Source: Phoronis australis
Taxonomy: Eukaryota; Animalia; Phoronida
Assembly (NCBI GenBank): GCA_002633005.1
Contig: NMRA01000056.1
Span: 878,027-942,026, forward strand
Length of the DNA stretch: 64,000 bases
Reading direction: 5' to 3'
Part shown: positions 24,701-36,540 of the stretch, in pieces
How the letters are laid out: each line of letters starts with the position of its first letter
How positions within the stretch are numbered: the stretch's first letter is position 1
Program-made: the position numbers and the translations under genes
Notes under the pieces: generated by a model
Databases searched by the model: none
What the model saw: the letters and a program-made list of their open reading frames with translations, nothing else
What the model was told of the DNA's origin: nothing

Positions 24701-27700
24701 ACTGACTCACAAACACGGGAACGGACTCACAAAACACAATCCACGCACCCAAATACACGGGGCACGGACTCATATTCACGAAGAAACACGGTTAACGGAC
24801 CGCCAAACACGGGTCACGGACTCATCGGCTTCCTGGGTCAGCTGACATCTTCATTTTGTCCGTAAACCGTGTTTCGCGGTCCGTTACCCGTGTTTCTTCG
24901 TGAATATGAGTCCGTGTCCCGTGTATTTGGGTGCGTGTTTCGTGAGTCCGTTCCCGTGTTTGTGAGTCAGTGGATGGTGTTTGCAGGTCCGTGAGTCGTG
25001 TTTATGAGTCCGTTGACCGTGTAGTTTAGGTACCTTGGCTTTGCTCAAGCTCATGTTACATATATTTTTATATTAATAACTTTTCCTCGTGAAGGTAGTG
25101 ATCTCAGCAGTTATATATGGTGTTTTGTTAAGTAGTAGAACCTTGTACTGCTATTACACAAATTTTGAAGGTTCCTATGTTGTAGTTAAGACCCACTGTA
25201 AATATTTTGCTCACCATGTGAGTTATTGTTTACATTGAGGGATTCATACCCATGGATGATATCAGGGATTGCATGTAACACTATTTGGGAGTGTATATTT
25301 GTTACATGTTCATTGTATAAAGTGTATTGTTCATATTGCAGAGTTTATAATTGTTAGTTTCAAAGATCTCGGTAGGTTATCTCAACAGTACTTAACCGTG
25401 CAAGTTTTGCTCATCCTATGAAGTGTAATATTTATACTGAAGAGTTTATTATTGCTAGTGCCTGTGTCCCTTATTGCTTTTCCCATAGTATGAACAACTA
25501 GTCATTTTAACGTTTGAAATTCTCATGTACAATATATTTTACACTATTCGGAAATCATCATTGCAAAAGCACTAAGCTGAAGAGTGGCCTACTTGTTATT
25601 TGGAATGCACACAATGCATTGTCAGAGGTGATCGTATGCCGCTGGGTTTTTGTTTTCTTACTCTTTGTGAACACAGTGCCTGTAACTCGCATTTATTCCT
25701 AAGTTTATGCAATCATTTTGAATTACAAAACATGAAACCCGGGGAACCGGTGGGGCAGTTAAATTTGGACATCGTCAATATAAATGTGACATTTGAAGTA
25801 GTAGCCCGTTATAGGGGGCCACGACCAAAAATATGGGTACACTTCACATGTCTAACCACAAAAAACAAGTGAAAGAGTTACTTGTTCAGGCAAGCGACGC
25901 GTTGCGCGGTTTGGTTGTTTTTTTCCGTTTTAGGTGGCGAGAGGCCCTTTTTTCTTTGACGATTTCGCCGAGGTATGTTTCACAAAATCGTACTGTAAGT
26001 CATTTTTTCTGTGCCTGTTAATTTAGGTACACAGCACCTGAAAAAAATGGTTAAATCACGTCATTTTAAATCTCCATGTCGCTCCGTTATGGCCACTTCG
26101 ACTTGGATGGATTTTGGCTCCTTCAAACACTCCACCATGCTCTATTTTTGAAGTTCGTTAACGAAAACGAGTACCAAGATTTTAAGGTTCGTGCCCTCCC
26201 CCTCGAGTTTTAGTTGGCAATTTTGACATGAAGATGATGGTGATATTTTTGCGTTCCATGACGAGAATTCCATTAAGTCAAGTTTTACCTAATTCAGCTT
26301 TTTATTCATTTTTATACCGTGTATGGTCGCTGGCAAAATATGATACCATCAAGATTTTATGTTTCCAAACTGGGTTTTTGGCCATAACAGTTATAGGAAT
26401 CTGATTATGAGCGCGCAAGGGAAAACGAACATATTTGCGACGTTTCGTTTACTCAAAATTAATGAGCCTAAACGTCAGAAAATATTTGTTTTTTCTTTCT
26501 CGTTTATTATGATTTTCAATGGTTTCAGTTACTCAGTTTCGGCAAGGTCGTCGCTTTCTCGCAAAACTACCGATTGGATGATCAACTACGCATTTATTTG
26601 CTCTCTGTTTTAACGTTGATCATCGTCAATACACCTCTCAAAATCGCGCATCGTCTTTGCGCAAACTACATTGAGATTTAAATCTCCCGAAAAAAGTTGA
26701 CGATCGGATAGTGTTTAAAAGTTTAATTCTAAATTTCTCCAGTTAGTGCACCAATGAAGTAAACGAAAGTAGTTCTGCTTGTAGCGTCAGCTGTTGGTAT
26801 CATTATCTCGATTTATGACCCACAACGCGTGACTGGACAAAGCCTTTTCAAATTAGTGTAGATAAGCCGGTGGAGCGTGAGACCCGTGAGGTCCCAATCG
26901 AGTCCTCACGACAACTCCACGTTTTGCACCCCGCGCCAATCTCGACTTAGTCAAGAGCTTAGGCTACGAAGACTTCACGGGTCGGATCGTATAGGTTTCA
27001 CAGGCTATCAGTTGGAACCGGAATACACTTATCAAGAAATAGTAGTGAGGTGCCGTGAACATTCACAAGCAACGGAACGTATGTATAGTTCTTTGGTAAG
27101 CCGGAATTCGTCAGAGAAATCACTGCGACGAAATGCCGGCCACAGACACGGAGATGTTTTACGGCCTCATACTTGCTATTAACAGCCTACCTTTCATTCT
27201 TCACTACCGCGAGCCACTTCCTAAGCATTTCGGGCTCTCGAGGAAGTCGAAAAAACGATACACCCGCTTTCTTCGCAGCTTCATAGTTCGGACAAGCAGG
27301 AACGATGCACCACAATGTAGCGGCATTCACTCTACAGACGAACCACTGACGTCGCTGCGTCGTTTCTCACCTTCCTCACAGGTTAGCGCGACGCCTCTCG
27401 GCGAGGTGAGGTCGACCGTATAAGAGACGATGTGGATATAGACCGATTAAGACGGTAAAAAAGAATAATAAAATCGGGTGACATTCTCTTTTAACGAGTG
27501 GCTGTGTTGGACGTCTTATTGATAATGCCTTTAGTTGAACCAAGGCATTGTGGGTAATGAAAACTTGATCAGTACATTAGCACTATGGTTTGCCGACGAA
27601 CTGCTGTTTTTATAAATTTCATGTTTATAGGTTCGATTGAAAGGGTTCAAGCCATTTTGACCAAAGCCTTTAAAAAGATATCAATCCCCTTTAAAAACCT

Positions 27701-28618
27701 ACTAATGATAAAACGTCTAAACGTTCAAATGCAGTGTTTGGACCTCAATTTTCACAATTTGTCCTATCACTAACACTTTGTTGTTTTGGCCACAGAAATG
27801 CTTTTGATCAGCGCTGAAGTCGTATTAGAATCTGAATGCAATGCGTAGTATTCTCACGCCTACACCAAATATGAGTGTAATTGAGGATACAATTTCAAAC
27901 CTCTAGATGCACCGAGTTAAAATGATGTAAGACACCAAGGACTGAACAGAAACAAAAGAATAGTCGTCAGAAAATCTCGAGTAACTCGAAAACGGCAAGT
28001 CGCTCCATGAAAAGAATGGTTAAACTTAGGCATCTATTGGCGAGATCTATTCACATACTAGTGAGTTTCAGAAATATCCGACCAAGCACCTAAGAGCTAA
28101 TAAATAAAAGGTGGCCACGAGAGTGCGGATTTTGTTCGATTTCAGGAAAAATGATAAGCCCCAAATTGTAGAAGAGACACGAGTTATGTGAACATTTCAA
28201 GTCAATCGAACAAGAAATGTGCGCAGAACCAAACAAAAAACTAAAAAAATAATCCTGACACAATAACACATTTGCGAAAATTTGCGCCAAGAAAAAGCTC
28301 CACCATAAGGCAACACAATTCAATTTATGTCGTCAAGTGAAAAATAAACACAAACTTCTTAACACACCAACATGCTTGGCCGGCAAAATTTCATTGCAGC
28401 AGTTCATTTAAAGGAACACAAATGTCTCGATAGAGCAACATGCCAGCCAAAATTTCGTTTCCCTCAAGTAAAACCTTCTGGGCAGAGTAAAACAAAATTC
28501 CTCCATCAAGTAAATATTTTAAGGCGGGGGAACATACCCGCCAAGTAATGAATGTGTACGTACCCGCGTTGTATAACGTTGTTCTTTCATCGTAGTCTTG
28601 GTCGTCTTGGCTCGCCAT
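6610..28618 (-). CDS. SLC38A7: SLC38A7/8-like sodium-coupled neutral amino acid transporter, paralog A (8 coding exons, 1350 nt, 449 aa)
   Basis: Exons 28618-28564, 22432-22239, 21004-20806, 19398-19263, 13505-13358, 8838-8579, 8099-7900, 6767-6610 splice in frame through GT-AG sites. Motifs match the Aa_trans/SLC38A7 family: FLAVNCCFGVGLLQLPWTFNAAGG, SYQE, LPMCLLREINCLKYAS, AYMCH, FGYLSFG, CIFPGLCL. Cannot separate A7 from A8 without a phylogeny. Confidence 0.88.
7295..7680 (+). repeat. Interspersed repeat family (~350 bp); copies also at ~14070-14480, ~15870-16170, ~31610-31950
   Basis: Shared cgagattggg, gatttgaatag, attaggttttt.aattttgaaaattgg, aaatgtgacttt.acaac, gattttgaggtaa. Confidence 0.8.
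7900..8099 (-). CDS. Paralog A exon 7
   Basis: ttacag/gtaagt; NAVRDLW...GGIAFFFSCIFP; 200 nt. Confidence 0.9.
8579..8838 (-). CDS. Paralog A exon 6
   Basis: ttctag/gtagga; CHLEITTIFAAM...FGYLSFG...FPIMFFCI; 260 nt. Confidence 0.9.
9740..12341 (+). mobile_element. 5'-truncated, frameshifted L1/Tx1-clade LINE (RT plus C-terminal zinc knuckle) in intron 5 of paralog A
   Basis: KSPGSD, NWRPITLLN, DFEKAFDSV, RQGDPLSP, QYADD, CTFC..ETLEHLFFEC; AATAAA at 12317; A-tail; aagaattc repeated at 9732-9739 and 12342-12349; absent from paralog B. Confidence 0.92.
13358..13505 (-). CDS. Paralog A exon 5
   Basis: ttccag/gtaaga; ALGFIGMIYIVGLIVVKYF...PGVSLAYM; 148 nt; absent from the ORF track. Confidence 0.88.
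14181..18175. repeat. Near-identical tandem duplication (14181-15866 and 15868-18175) joined by one N; likely haplotype/assembly artefact
   Basis: Both copies start agactgagaccatcg and end gtaggaattgt; N at 15867; copy 2 has about 585 extra bp. Confidence 0.85.
15185..15620. repeat. Degenerate tandem repeat, about 3 units of ~160-180 bp (duplicated at 17495-17930)
   Basis: Recurring ctttcca.gaatcgtcatgaaaaatgc...ttgttgtt..caatgc.g.gtaaagaat.gtt. Confidence 0.75.
18693..18848. mobile_element. Short GC-terminal MITE (caggggcggat...atccgccactg), Harbinger-like; relative at 16556-16687
   Basis: Imperfect terminal inverted repeats with internal G/C runs. Confidence 0.55.
19263..19398 (-). CDS. 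Paralog A exon 4
   Basis: tttcag/gtaaga; WYGNQK...LPMCLLREINCLKYA; 136 nt. Confidence 0.9.
19453..20301. mobile_element. Non-autonomous Kolobok-like DNA transposon with ~280-bp TIRs
   Basis: TTAA at 19449-19452 and 20302-20305; termini aggcgaaggcaacc / ggttgccttcgcct (RR..YY); arms ~19453-19735 and ~20025-20301. Confidence 0.75.
20806..21004 (-). CDS. Paralog A exon 3
   Basis: ttgcag/gtgagt; AVLALATGG...SYQE...VVTGDHVDK; 199 nt, same as in B. Confidence 0.9.
22239..22432 (-). CDS. Paralog A exon 2 (TM1)
   Basis: tttag acceptor, gtaagt donor; encodes GISWYSATFLAVNCCFGVGLLQLPWTFNAAGGLLPASTVHY in a different frame from the ORF-track call. Confidence 0.88.
24615..25037. mobile_element. Foldback element: ~200-bp inverted arms built from cacggac/gactca subrepeats around a ~35-bp spacer
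   Basis: caaggtacctaaactacacggtcaac / gttgaccgtgtagtttaggtaccttg are exact reverse complements. Confidence 0.8.
28564..28618 (-). CDS. Paralog A coding exon 1 (MASQDDQDYDERTTLYNA)
   Basis: ATG followed by a phase-1 donor gtacgt that matches exon 2 phase; homologous to 63833-63890. Confidence 0.75.
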
Positions 28619-30083
28619 ATTAGCAACGAATAAAGAACTGTCGTTCTTAACGATCCCAGAAATCACGTTTCACCTGAGTAGAAACAAATGGAGACCAATT
28701 CTAACGCGGAGAGGGATTTAAACCGAAGGTTCGTTTCGTGAATGAACGCGAGGTTATAACCATATTTAGATATATCCCGTCACCATTCTATCTTCACACT
28801 ACTCGAATGATGCGTTCTTATCATTTGGCATAAGAGTCGTTGGGTTCTTTTTTACTCCTTTGAAAAAGTCTCTAATGTCATTCTCCGCTAGCCTACGTCT
28901 TGGTGAATTTGTGAGTGTCTCGACTCGAGCATGGAATTTTCGAGGAGACTCTGGGTGATTATTTGAAACTCAGCGGACAGAATACTGCCTTCAAAATGTA
29001 GACTTCGACGTCTGTTTCCGCTTCTGCCAGATTAAGACCTGTCGTTTCTAAATCAACCAATGACATTCAAAACAAGTACAAACAAGCCAAGGCCATAAGT
29101 TAACTGCTGACATCTTTTCAAAAATCACGACATCAACTTACGGTACTACTGAGCGACAAGACGGCGTCGAGAGCAAGTCACGTGTGTGGAAAATATTGAT
29201 ATTTTTGCATATACCACCGATTTCTTTCATTAAATGACTTTTCCTGTTTTGGTTCTGAATTGGTACTGTATCTTGGCTCATTCAGGTCTTGCAACTACCA
29301 CAGCTGGGCACGACGGACGCCTGGATAGAGATCACGTCAATATGCACTCACATGTAAATATGTGGGCGCATGGACATTGATTTTTACGGGGAGCCAAGGA
29401 GTATATACAACAAAGAATTGAAAATCCATCTTTGAACTGAAGAGGAGGCTTGAGATTCAAACCTATCACACGCCTGGGAAAAGATTCTGACTAAAGTTTC
29501 CTGTCTATTTTCTCAACTCCGACCGAATCCTTTTGATCTTTCCCACTCGTGTTGGACATCTCCACTGCCAAAAGCTGCCAAAAGGTGTGCCTCATAAGTA
29601 CCGACGAGAATTTGCATGGTTTTGTTAGTGCTAGCAAACTCAAGTATTTTACCCCTATAATGGTAATTTCTTATGATTTATGACCATTTAACAGTATCTG
29701 TGAAATGGTCATAAATCTGTGAAAACATTACTGACGGACCTTCAGCTGTTTTTGAGCTGACGTATTGGCTAAGTTAACCTGCAAACACTGAAAGGAATTT
29801 ACGACTACAGCAATGAAGGTATCGCACCTAAGACTCTGAATTGTAAGACAGACTGAGAGCATTTGTAGTGTTAAGGCCAAAGTAAAATGAAACAGTTTGT
29901 GGCCTTCATTTCTATCTCAAGAAAAAGAAAAAATATATTCAAAATATAATATGTGTGATGTTTTTTTAACAAACAGAATCGAGACATACAGCTGTTCAAG
30001 CCAGGGCATCACGTCACTCTCTGAAACATTGTGTAGTCCATCTGAGACTAGAGTGACCTACATAAAATGTAATGATAATTTAA

Positions 30084-30084
<1 letters not shown>

Positions 30085-30115
<31 letters not shown>

Positions 30116-30850
30116 AATAATAATAATAATAATAATAATTTGTTATAAAAGATATTCAAAAACAGGCTTTAGCCACAGACTAATATATAGCATTGTCCTT
30201 TCACAGCAATGAATTAAATTAAATTAGTTAAGTTAAATTAAATTAAGTTAAATGAAATTAAAATGAACATTATTAAGATGAATATTTACAAATTAAACAT
30301 GCAAATTGAATTGAAAAAATAAATAAAATCAAATAAAACTGCTATATGATATATACAATGAGTTTTAGATAGGAATGATGAGGGAAAACGAAGGGAGGTA
30401 CAGCTCTGATGACCACACGCACAAGTAACTGATGAGTTTGTGCCGGAAATCATCATTACCATCCGCCCCCTTTAGTCCAATTGGCAAGTCCACTGTCGAA
30501 TGACTTGAATAAAAAACAACTCAGAGAATAACAAAGTTCTGTGTCTGTGGACAGCAAAATTGTTTGAGAAAGAGGATCAGTCTGCTCCTGATTTGGTGGC
30601 TTTTTCGAACGAGTAATATGTTACTAGATAAATAAGGTGGTACATTATTGTGAAAACATTCATGCACCATGGACAAACGCCTGTATATAAAATATTTGTC
30701 AACAGGCATCCATCCCAGTCTGTTAAACATATGAGTCGATGGTGTGTCAAAAGGCAAACCGAGAATAACTGTGGTCGCCTGCTTCAGAGCTTCAGTCGAC
30801 AAGAAACCAAATTTACAATGCATCCTGACCGTACAGTACTACAATAAAAC
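30085..30850 (-). mobile_element. 3' fragment of a CR1/L2-group LINE ending in an (ATT)n(ATC)n microsatellite tail
   Basis: ORF 30521-30823 (STHMFNRLGWMPV...HNNVPPYLS) resembles the post-RT region of CR1/L2/Crack elements; (GAT)n(AAT)n at 30085-30139. Confidence 0.65.
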
Positions 30851-32634
30851 CAACAGCTGCAACAATACATAAAACATACATGCATCCATACATACACGTT
30901 ATTTTATTTGTACTCACAGCAACAACAGCAGTGAACATTAGCCCACGGCTATTCGATGCAAAGCAAGAGTCATATATTTTACAATATTTGGAGAAGTCGA
31001 GACGCATAAGGAAAACAGAAACAATGCAAAGCAGGCCCGGAAACACAGACATTATTTTGACCAAATATTCTTAAGTAACAACAGGCCAGTATAATTATTG
31101 TTATTAGAAAAGCATTGTTGATAAGGGGTTATTCGCCGTTAAAAACTCGTCAAGGATTTTTGATGACCATGTAAAATCTACATGTCTAACATGCTCAAAG
31201 TACGCGTACATTCACTGGTCGTGCAACTAATTTTAATTAGAACCTATAGTCGATTTGTGTGTGCCTTTAGTTTGTTTTATTGTGATCGATTACAGACGCT
31301 AATAGGTTATTGTTATGATAGCGGTTGGAGTACCTGGACCACGTGTCTCTCCATTACCAGAAGTAGAAGCCAGTGCAAATGAAAAAAAAAAATGTAATAA
31401 TGCCAATGAAATAAATTCGAAACTTACCAACTTACGGAGACGTGTAGAGTTTGACTGTCAGAAGATGAATGTGAAAAACCGAGCATCCCGCATCTAACCA
31501 ACACTTCAATCAAAATTAATGGCTTGTTGCGGACAGTTGCACGTTGGGCGGAGAAAACAATTTGAACGCGCTTGACCATAAAGAAATCCTACGTTGACAC
31601 TTTCACCGGACGAGATTGGGCAACTGGATCGGTTTGCGTACCTCCGATTCTGCTGCTCTGATCAAAGGCACTGTGCAGTTATAGTTATTACATCGCCTCA
31701 GGCTGCTGGGTTTCGTTTTGAAAGCTTAAAATAGCATATTTGAATAGTTTGCAAAAAAGTACACTTAGTTAGGTTTTTGAATTTTAAAAATCGGGCAAGA
31801 AATGTGACTTTCACAACCTGAAACCTTTGTTGCCCTATTCTTGCTTCTCGTCAATTCTTCTGGGTGTGCAACACAGTTGGGCCAATTACCAAACCAGCAG
31901 GCAGCAGATGGATTTTGAGGTAAGCCAAGTGTCATTGCACAATTCTTGGCAAACTTATTCGTATCATAACCATAAAGTAAAATTTGGCGCTAGGGGCAAC
32001 GCCCAAAATATATTATGGCGAGTATAATAGTAGTACCAATAAAGAAATTGTTATGGAAATATTTTCATAATAGTGTTCTCACCAAAATGCAAATGGTACA
32101 ACACAACGTAGAATAACGTAACACAACCTAGAATAACACACAAATGTCTTCTCACAGAGAATGCGCATATTTTCCAAGATATATCATTACATAGATTCGT
32201 AATTTACACTTACCTCTTCGTCTGCTAATGAGCAGGCACGGTCCAGATACCCCTGGCCACTATTATGCGCCATGTACGTTAAGGTAGAGGCATTTGAACT
32301 TAAAATCTTTCATCGATAATCATTCATAATGGTGCAATAAGCAACATCAAAGATATGGAGATGAGCTTTTTGGACATGCTGGGTATTGATTCGACCTCTT
32401 TCAGGTCATGAGAACAAACTATGCATCACAATTATAGCCACTCTATATCATTGCCATTGGTCTACTCAGCATCGACAGGAGAAACAGTATCCACTCGTAA
32501 AATTCTCTTTTCTACATCCGTAATTGATTATTCTATATAGTCAGTTAACACCAAACACGTCTGTGTACTCAGCATGTGACGTCCCTCATAAATTTGGATT
32601 ACACCATCTTCAACTAAACTTCACCCAGCGCCCC

Positions 32635-33300
32635 TTTCGTAACCTGTCATAACGTGAAACGACATTGTTAATGGACATGTAACGAAGGCGATTTTTTTCT
32701 GTTTGCCATCGTAGTTTTGTCCTAATAAATGCCGGTCTTTAATAAAGGCCACCCTCTAACAGAGGCAGGGGCTAGAGCATGTTTGAATCTAATAATTACC
32801 ATGGCTTCTACGAGAAGTTTTACGAAAATCTTGACGAACGACACCCAGAATGGACCCAAGTTAATACAAATAATGTCGTCATCGGTATTCTTCAACCGCT
32901 ATTCAGGTGTTCCACACGAGACTGCAAGACATTATAGCGCAGAGTAACTTTGCTTTTCCATGCGCGCAACCAGCCTAAAAACGAGGGGCACGAATTTTTT
33001 TTGAGAAAGTGGCGTTTTTGTTTCTTTGAGACGGACTTTTTCTCCACTTTTCCTTTATCTAGTTCCTTCTGCCAGGTTCTCGCTCAACAGAGCGCTGTCC
33101 TCTTTGGAAAGTTAGTATGTAGATAATATCTTCACGAGCTATCTGGAATGTGTCCGTTTCTCGCAGCGACTTGCTGTTTTCGAGTAATTGGAGGTTTTCC
33201 GATGACTGCTCTTTTTTCATGCCATAGCTTCAGAGTCTTTTGACGGACCGTTAGGTCTGAAAGTTTGAATGCGAGCAGTTCTCGTCAAGAGCTATAAAGA
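32635..33300. repeat. Dispersed repeat; reverse-complement copy at ~54430-54650 and ~55075-55296
   Basis: e.g. agaggcaggggctagagca vs tgctccagcccctgcctct; ttctgtttgccatcgtagtt vs aactacgatggcaaacagaa. Confidence 0.8.
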
Positions 33301-33846
33301 GTGTGTTATTCGCTTCTCGCTAAGGATAACATTTACTGACAACTGAAGTCTGGTACATTGGCAGGCTTGCAGTAGTCGTTCACGATGAATTATCGTCAAG
33401 AGCTACGACAAACTTATCTTCAGGTTTTCACTACTCCAGCTGGAAGTGGGATCCCATGCACCCACAGCCCAACGGGCGATAAGAGAACCTCGTGGTTGTA
33501 GTTGTTCTCATGTCCTTATTCCGTAACAAGGAACAACACTGAGCGGAACAAACAAACGCAAGCAACTCTCACGCGTTTGCATGACAGCTCAGCCACGCGT
33601 AATCTAATTTGGTTTACATTCCTCAAAAGCCCTTCACGTAATCATCGGGCCCTAACCCGGCCCCAGGGCCCAACTTCGCCCGAGTGGTGTTTGCGCAGAT
33701 GACAGGATCGAGCAGACGATTAGAGGAGGCTTTGCACCATTCACTGTTATTGAACGTGCGTAGTCGATATTACCGTTGGCCAAAAGGGTGAACGTTACGC
33801 CGTTAAATTACGTGCGTAAGTTAATTCTTGTTAGAGGCATAAATAA

Positions 33847-33914
33847 TTATTTGCGGCGTAAAGTAACTATTTACGGCGTAAAGTAATTATTTACGGCGTA
33901 ATGTAATTATTTAC
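33847..33914. repeat. 20-bp tandem repeat, about 3.4 copies (ttatttacggcgtaaagtaa)
   Basis: Directly visible. Confidence 0.85.
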
Positions 33915-35284
33915 CTACATAGGTGCAGGCATTTTCTAATTTCGAAATGAAGATGATTGTCAAATGATCGTTGTCCATCCAGTGTTCACCTTGATTGTGG
34001 ATTGGTGGATTGACTTGCATGCGCGTGTACACGTGTGTGCGTTTCCATTCTTTTGAATCCAGTACACGCCAACGGTAAGTTCACTACAGGTAGTCCTTCG
34101 TCGTTGCTCAAACAAAAACAGACATTTAACAACCGTGTCTTCTTGTACTGAGAAAACATTGACGAGCATGTAAACAATATTAGGGAAATGTAGGTCTAGA
34201 CCTAATACAAATTTTGGTCAATGAAGAAAGTATTTTCTGGTTAATCAGTGTCAATTGTACGCAGCCTCGCAGACTTCATACGAGCAACGAATTTGAGGGA
34301 AAGATTTCCAAAGTTACCTGTCACAATTCTGAATATTCACTACTCCGAAAGTCTATTTGGAATCGCTCGATCAATCACGAAAAATGTCACATTTCGGTTA
34401 AAGGTTTTGGAGTCGCTATTGATCAGTCACGAAGAACTTGTTTTAAATGAGCAGCTCACAGGTGTGTACCGCACGTTGGCTCCGTTTCAGTAGGATAGTG
34501 GGATTCCTACCGTGTGTTGCATTCACACGCCATGCTTGTATGCCAGTCTACCTGCTGTCACGTGTATTTCACTGTTTATTTCGCTTCGTATATGTTCATT
34601 CCAGTTATTGCCTGATGATGAGACATGCAGTCTTGAAATATAGCTAGTGTTTTAATTTGTTTAACGCTTGTTTCGTCTTTCAGTGTCTTGCTACATAGCT
34701 ACACACCTGAAGAAAGGAGATCGTTTTGACACTACATGTGCGAGCGACTCTGCATCAAGCTTTCCAACAAAAAGTTTAATAACCGAAGTATCGTTTACTT
34801 TTGCATGCAAAAGCATAGAAATTATACCCGAGTGCAAAATTTTAGATATTTTCGGAGTAGTGAACCTTCAGAATAATGGGCTGTTCCCATTTCCAGCGAT
34901 GTAAGTAACTCGCAAAAATACAACCAGATAAAACATTTCGTCAAGTCATTCTCAGACTAAAAACTCCGTCCGAGTAGGCCTATGTAATGAGGTGTAAACA
35001 AGCATTCTTGATTTGAAAGTTTGGCGGAACGCGAGAACGTTCTCTTTCTGGACCACCTTACGTATCCAAATTTGAGTCCCATTCTTTACGAGCAACCGTC
35101 ACGGCATTCTCATTTCGTCTCATCTCAGGAACATATATAGAGTTGAGAGTCACCCTTCGACCTAATTAAGCTGCGTCAAGGTCCTTACTGAAAACGCTAC
35201 AGTGTCGGCCTCTGCAAAACATCAAACGTCCACCGATCCAAAAATTCGAACCACACCCTGCGCAATGCTGGCTACAGGCCTGAA

Positions 35285-36337
35285 TTTTGACCAAAAAGGT
35301 TTTATACCAGGTCGATTTACGGGTGAAAATATTAGTTTAATATATGACATAATGCTTGAAACACAAAAACAAAAGTTACATGGCACGATTGTCCAAACTG
35401 ATTTCGAAAAAGCCTTTGATACACCCTCCTGGAAATTTATTAGAAGAGTATTAAACGCTTTTAGTTTTGGAGCATCAGATAAAAATGGATTTATTCAAAA
35501 CAATTCAAATTCATGCATTATTCAAAATGACTCTTTGTCAAAAATTTTCAAACTATGCAGAGGTTGTCGCCAGGTCGACCCTATATCACCTTATATTTTT
35601 ATTTTGTGAGTTGAAATTTTAGCTCCAGCAATCAGAAACAACGAAAATTTGGAAGGTATTAAAATGTGGCAGGAAGTTTTAAAGATTTCACAATATACGG
35701 ATGACACAACAGTATTTTTGAGTCGTTCCGAAAGCTCTTTGAAAAGTGCACTGATAACTTTGCAATGGTTTCACGAACTGTCCGGTTTGAAAATTAATTT
35801 TCAAGAAACAAAAGTTATAGCTCAATTCAAGGCCCTAGGAATTTAATTTAATAATGATCTTTATGATATCTCATCAAATTATCTTAAACCAAAAATTAAA
35901 ACGATAATTAAAGTTCAAGAGATTGACTTATGCACATTTTGCTCTGAGCATATAGAGAGACTATATTACATTTATTTGTGTAAGAGAGTTGTGGAGAAAA
36001 GTTTGTGATGATTTCCTCAGGATCGATTTTTAAACGGCCTTGGCCTTCTGTTTGGAAATACCGAATGTAACAACAGTATGAATCTTGTGGTTTTAATGAC
36101 AAAAAATGTCATTTATCAGTATAGAATGCAGAACCAAAATCCGTCAACAACTTATGTCACTAGAATTTTGAAAAACTGTAGACATATAGAATTTACTATT
36201 AGTAAAATCAATGGTACATTAGAAAATCATAACAAAAAATGGAACTTAGTAAAACTTTAACGCTGATAAATGTTTATGTATGTTTATGTACGTTTGTATT
36301 GCAATTGTCGGTTTGTTACAATGAATGTTTAAAAAAA
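35285..36337 (+). mobile_element. Degenerate, internally deleted L1/Tx1-clade LINE fragment
   Basis: DQKGFIPGR, DFEKAFD, RGCRQVDPISPYIFIL, ISQYTDD, SGLKIN; short A-tail at 36331-36337. Confidence 0.85.
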
Positions 36338-36390
36338 TATAAGCTGCAGCCATTGAAAACTCCATACCATTTGTTTAGATACACTGTATT

Positions 36391-36540
36391 CATGGGCGGC
36401 GCACCATAGAGGGCAGGGAGAGCTATAGCCCCCACCCTTTTCAATGCTACGCCGCACATGGTCTATAGGCGATGCACCACAGGGGGCTGAGGGGGTTTTA
36501 GCCCCCCCCCCCCACTTTTTTCAGTGCTGCGCCGCCCATG
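36391..36540. mobile_element. Small MITE with catgggcggcgca / tgcgccgcccatg TIRs; relative at ~9046-9112
   Basis: 13-bp perfect TIR and an internal duplicated unit. Confidence 0.65.

Noticed and set aside
29897-30148. ORF with poly-D/poly-N tail
   Set aside because: Translation of the (GAT)n(AAT)n microsatellite.
30428-30456. ctgatgag...gaaa hammerhead-like string (also 54813)
   Set aside because: No convincing stems; the 54813 site lacks a properly placed GAAA.
35167-36347. taagctgc as TSD of the second LINE
   Set aside because: About 110 bp of unrelated, MITE-like sequence lies between it and the RT homology; may be coincidence.
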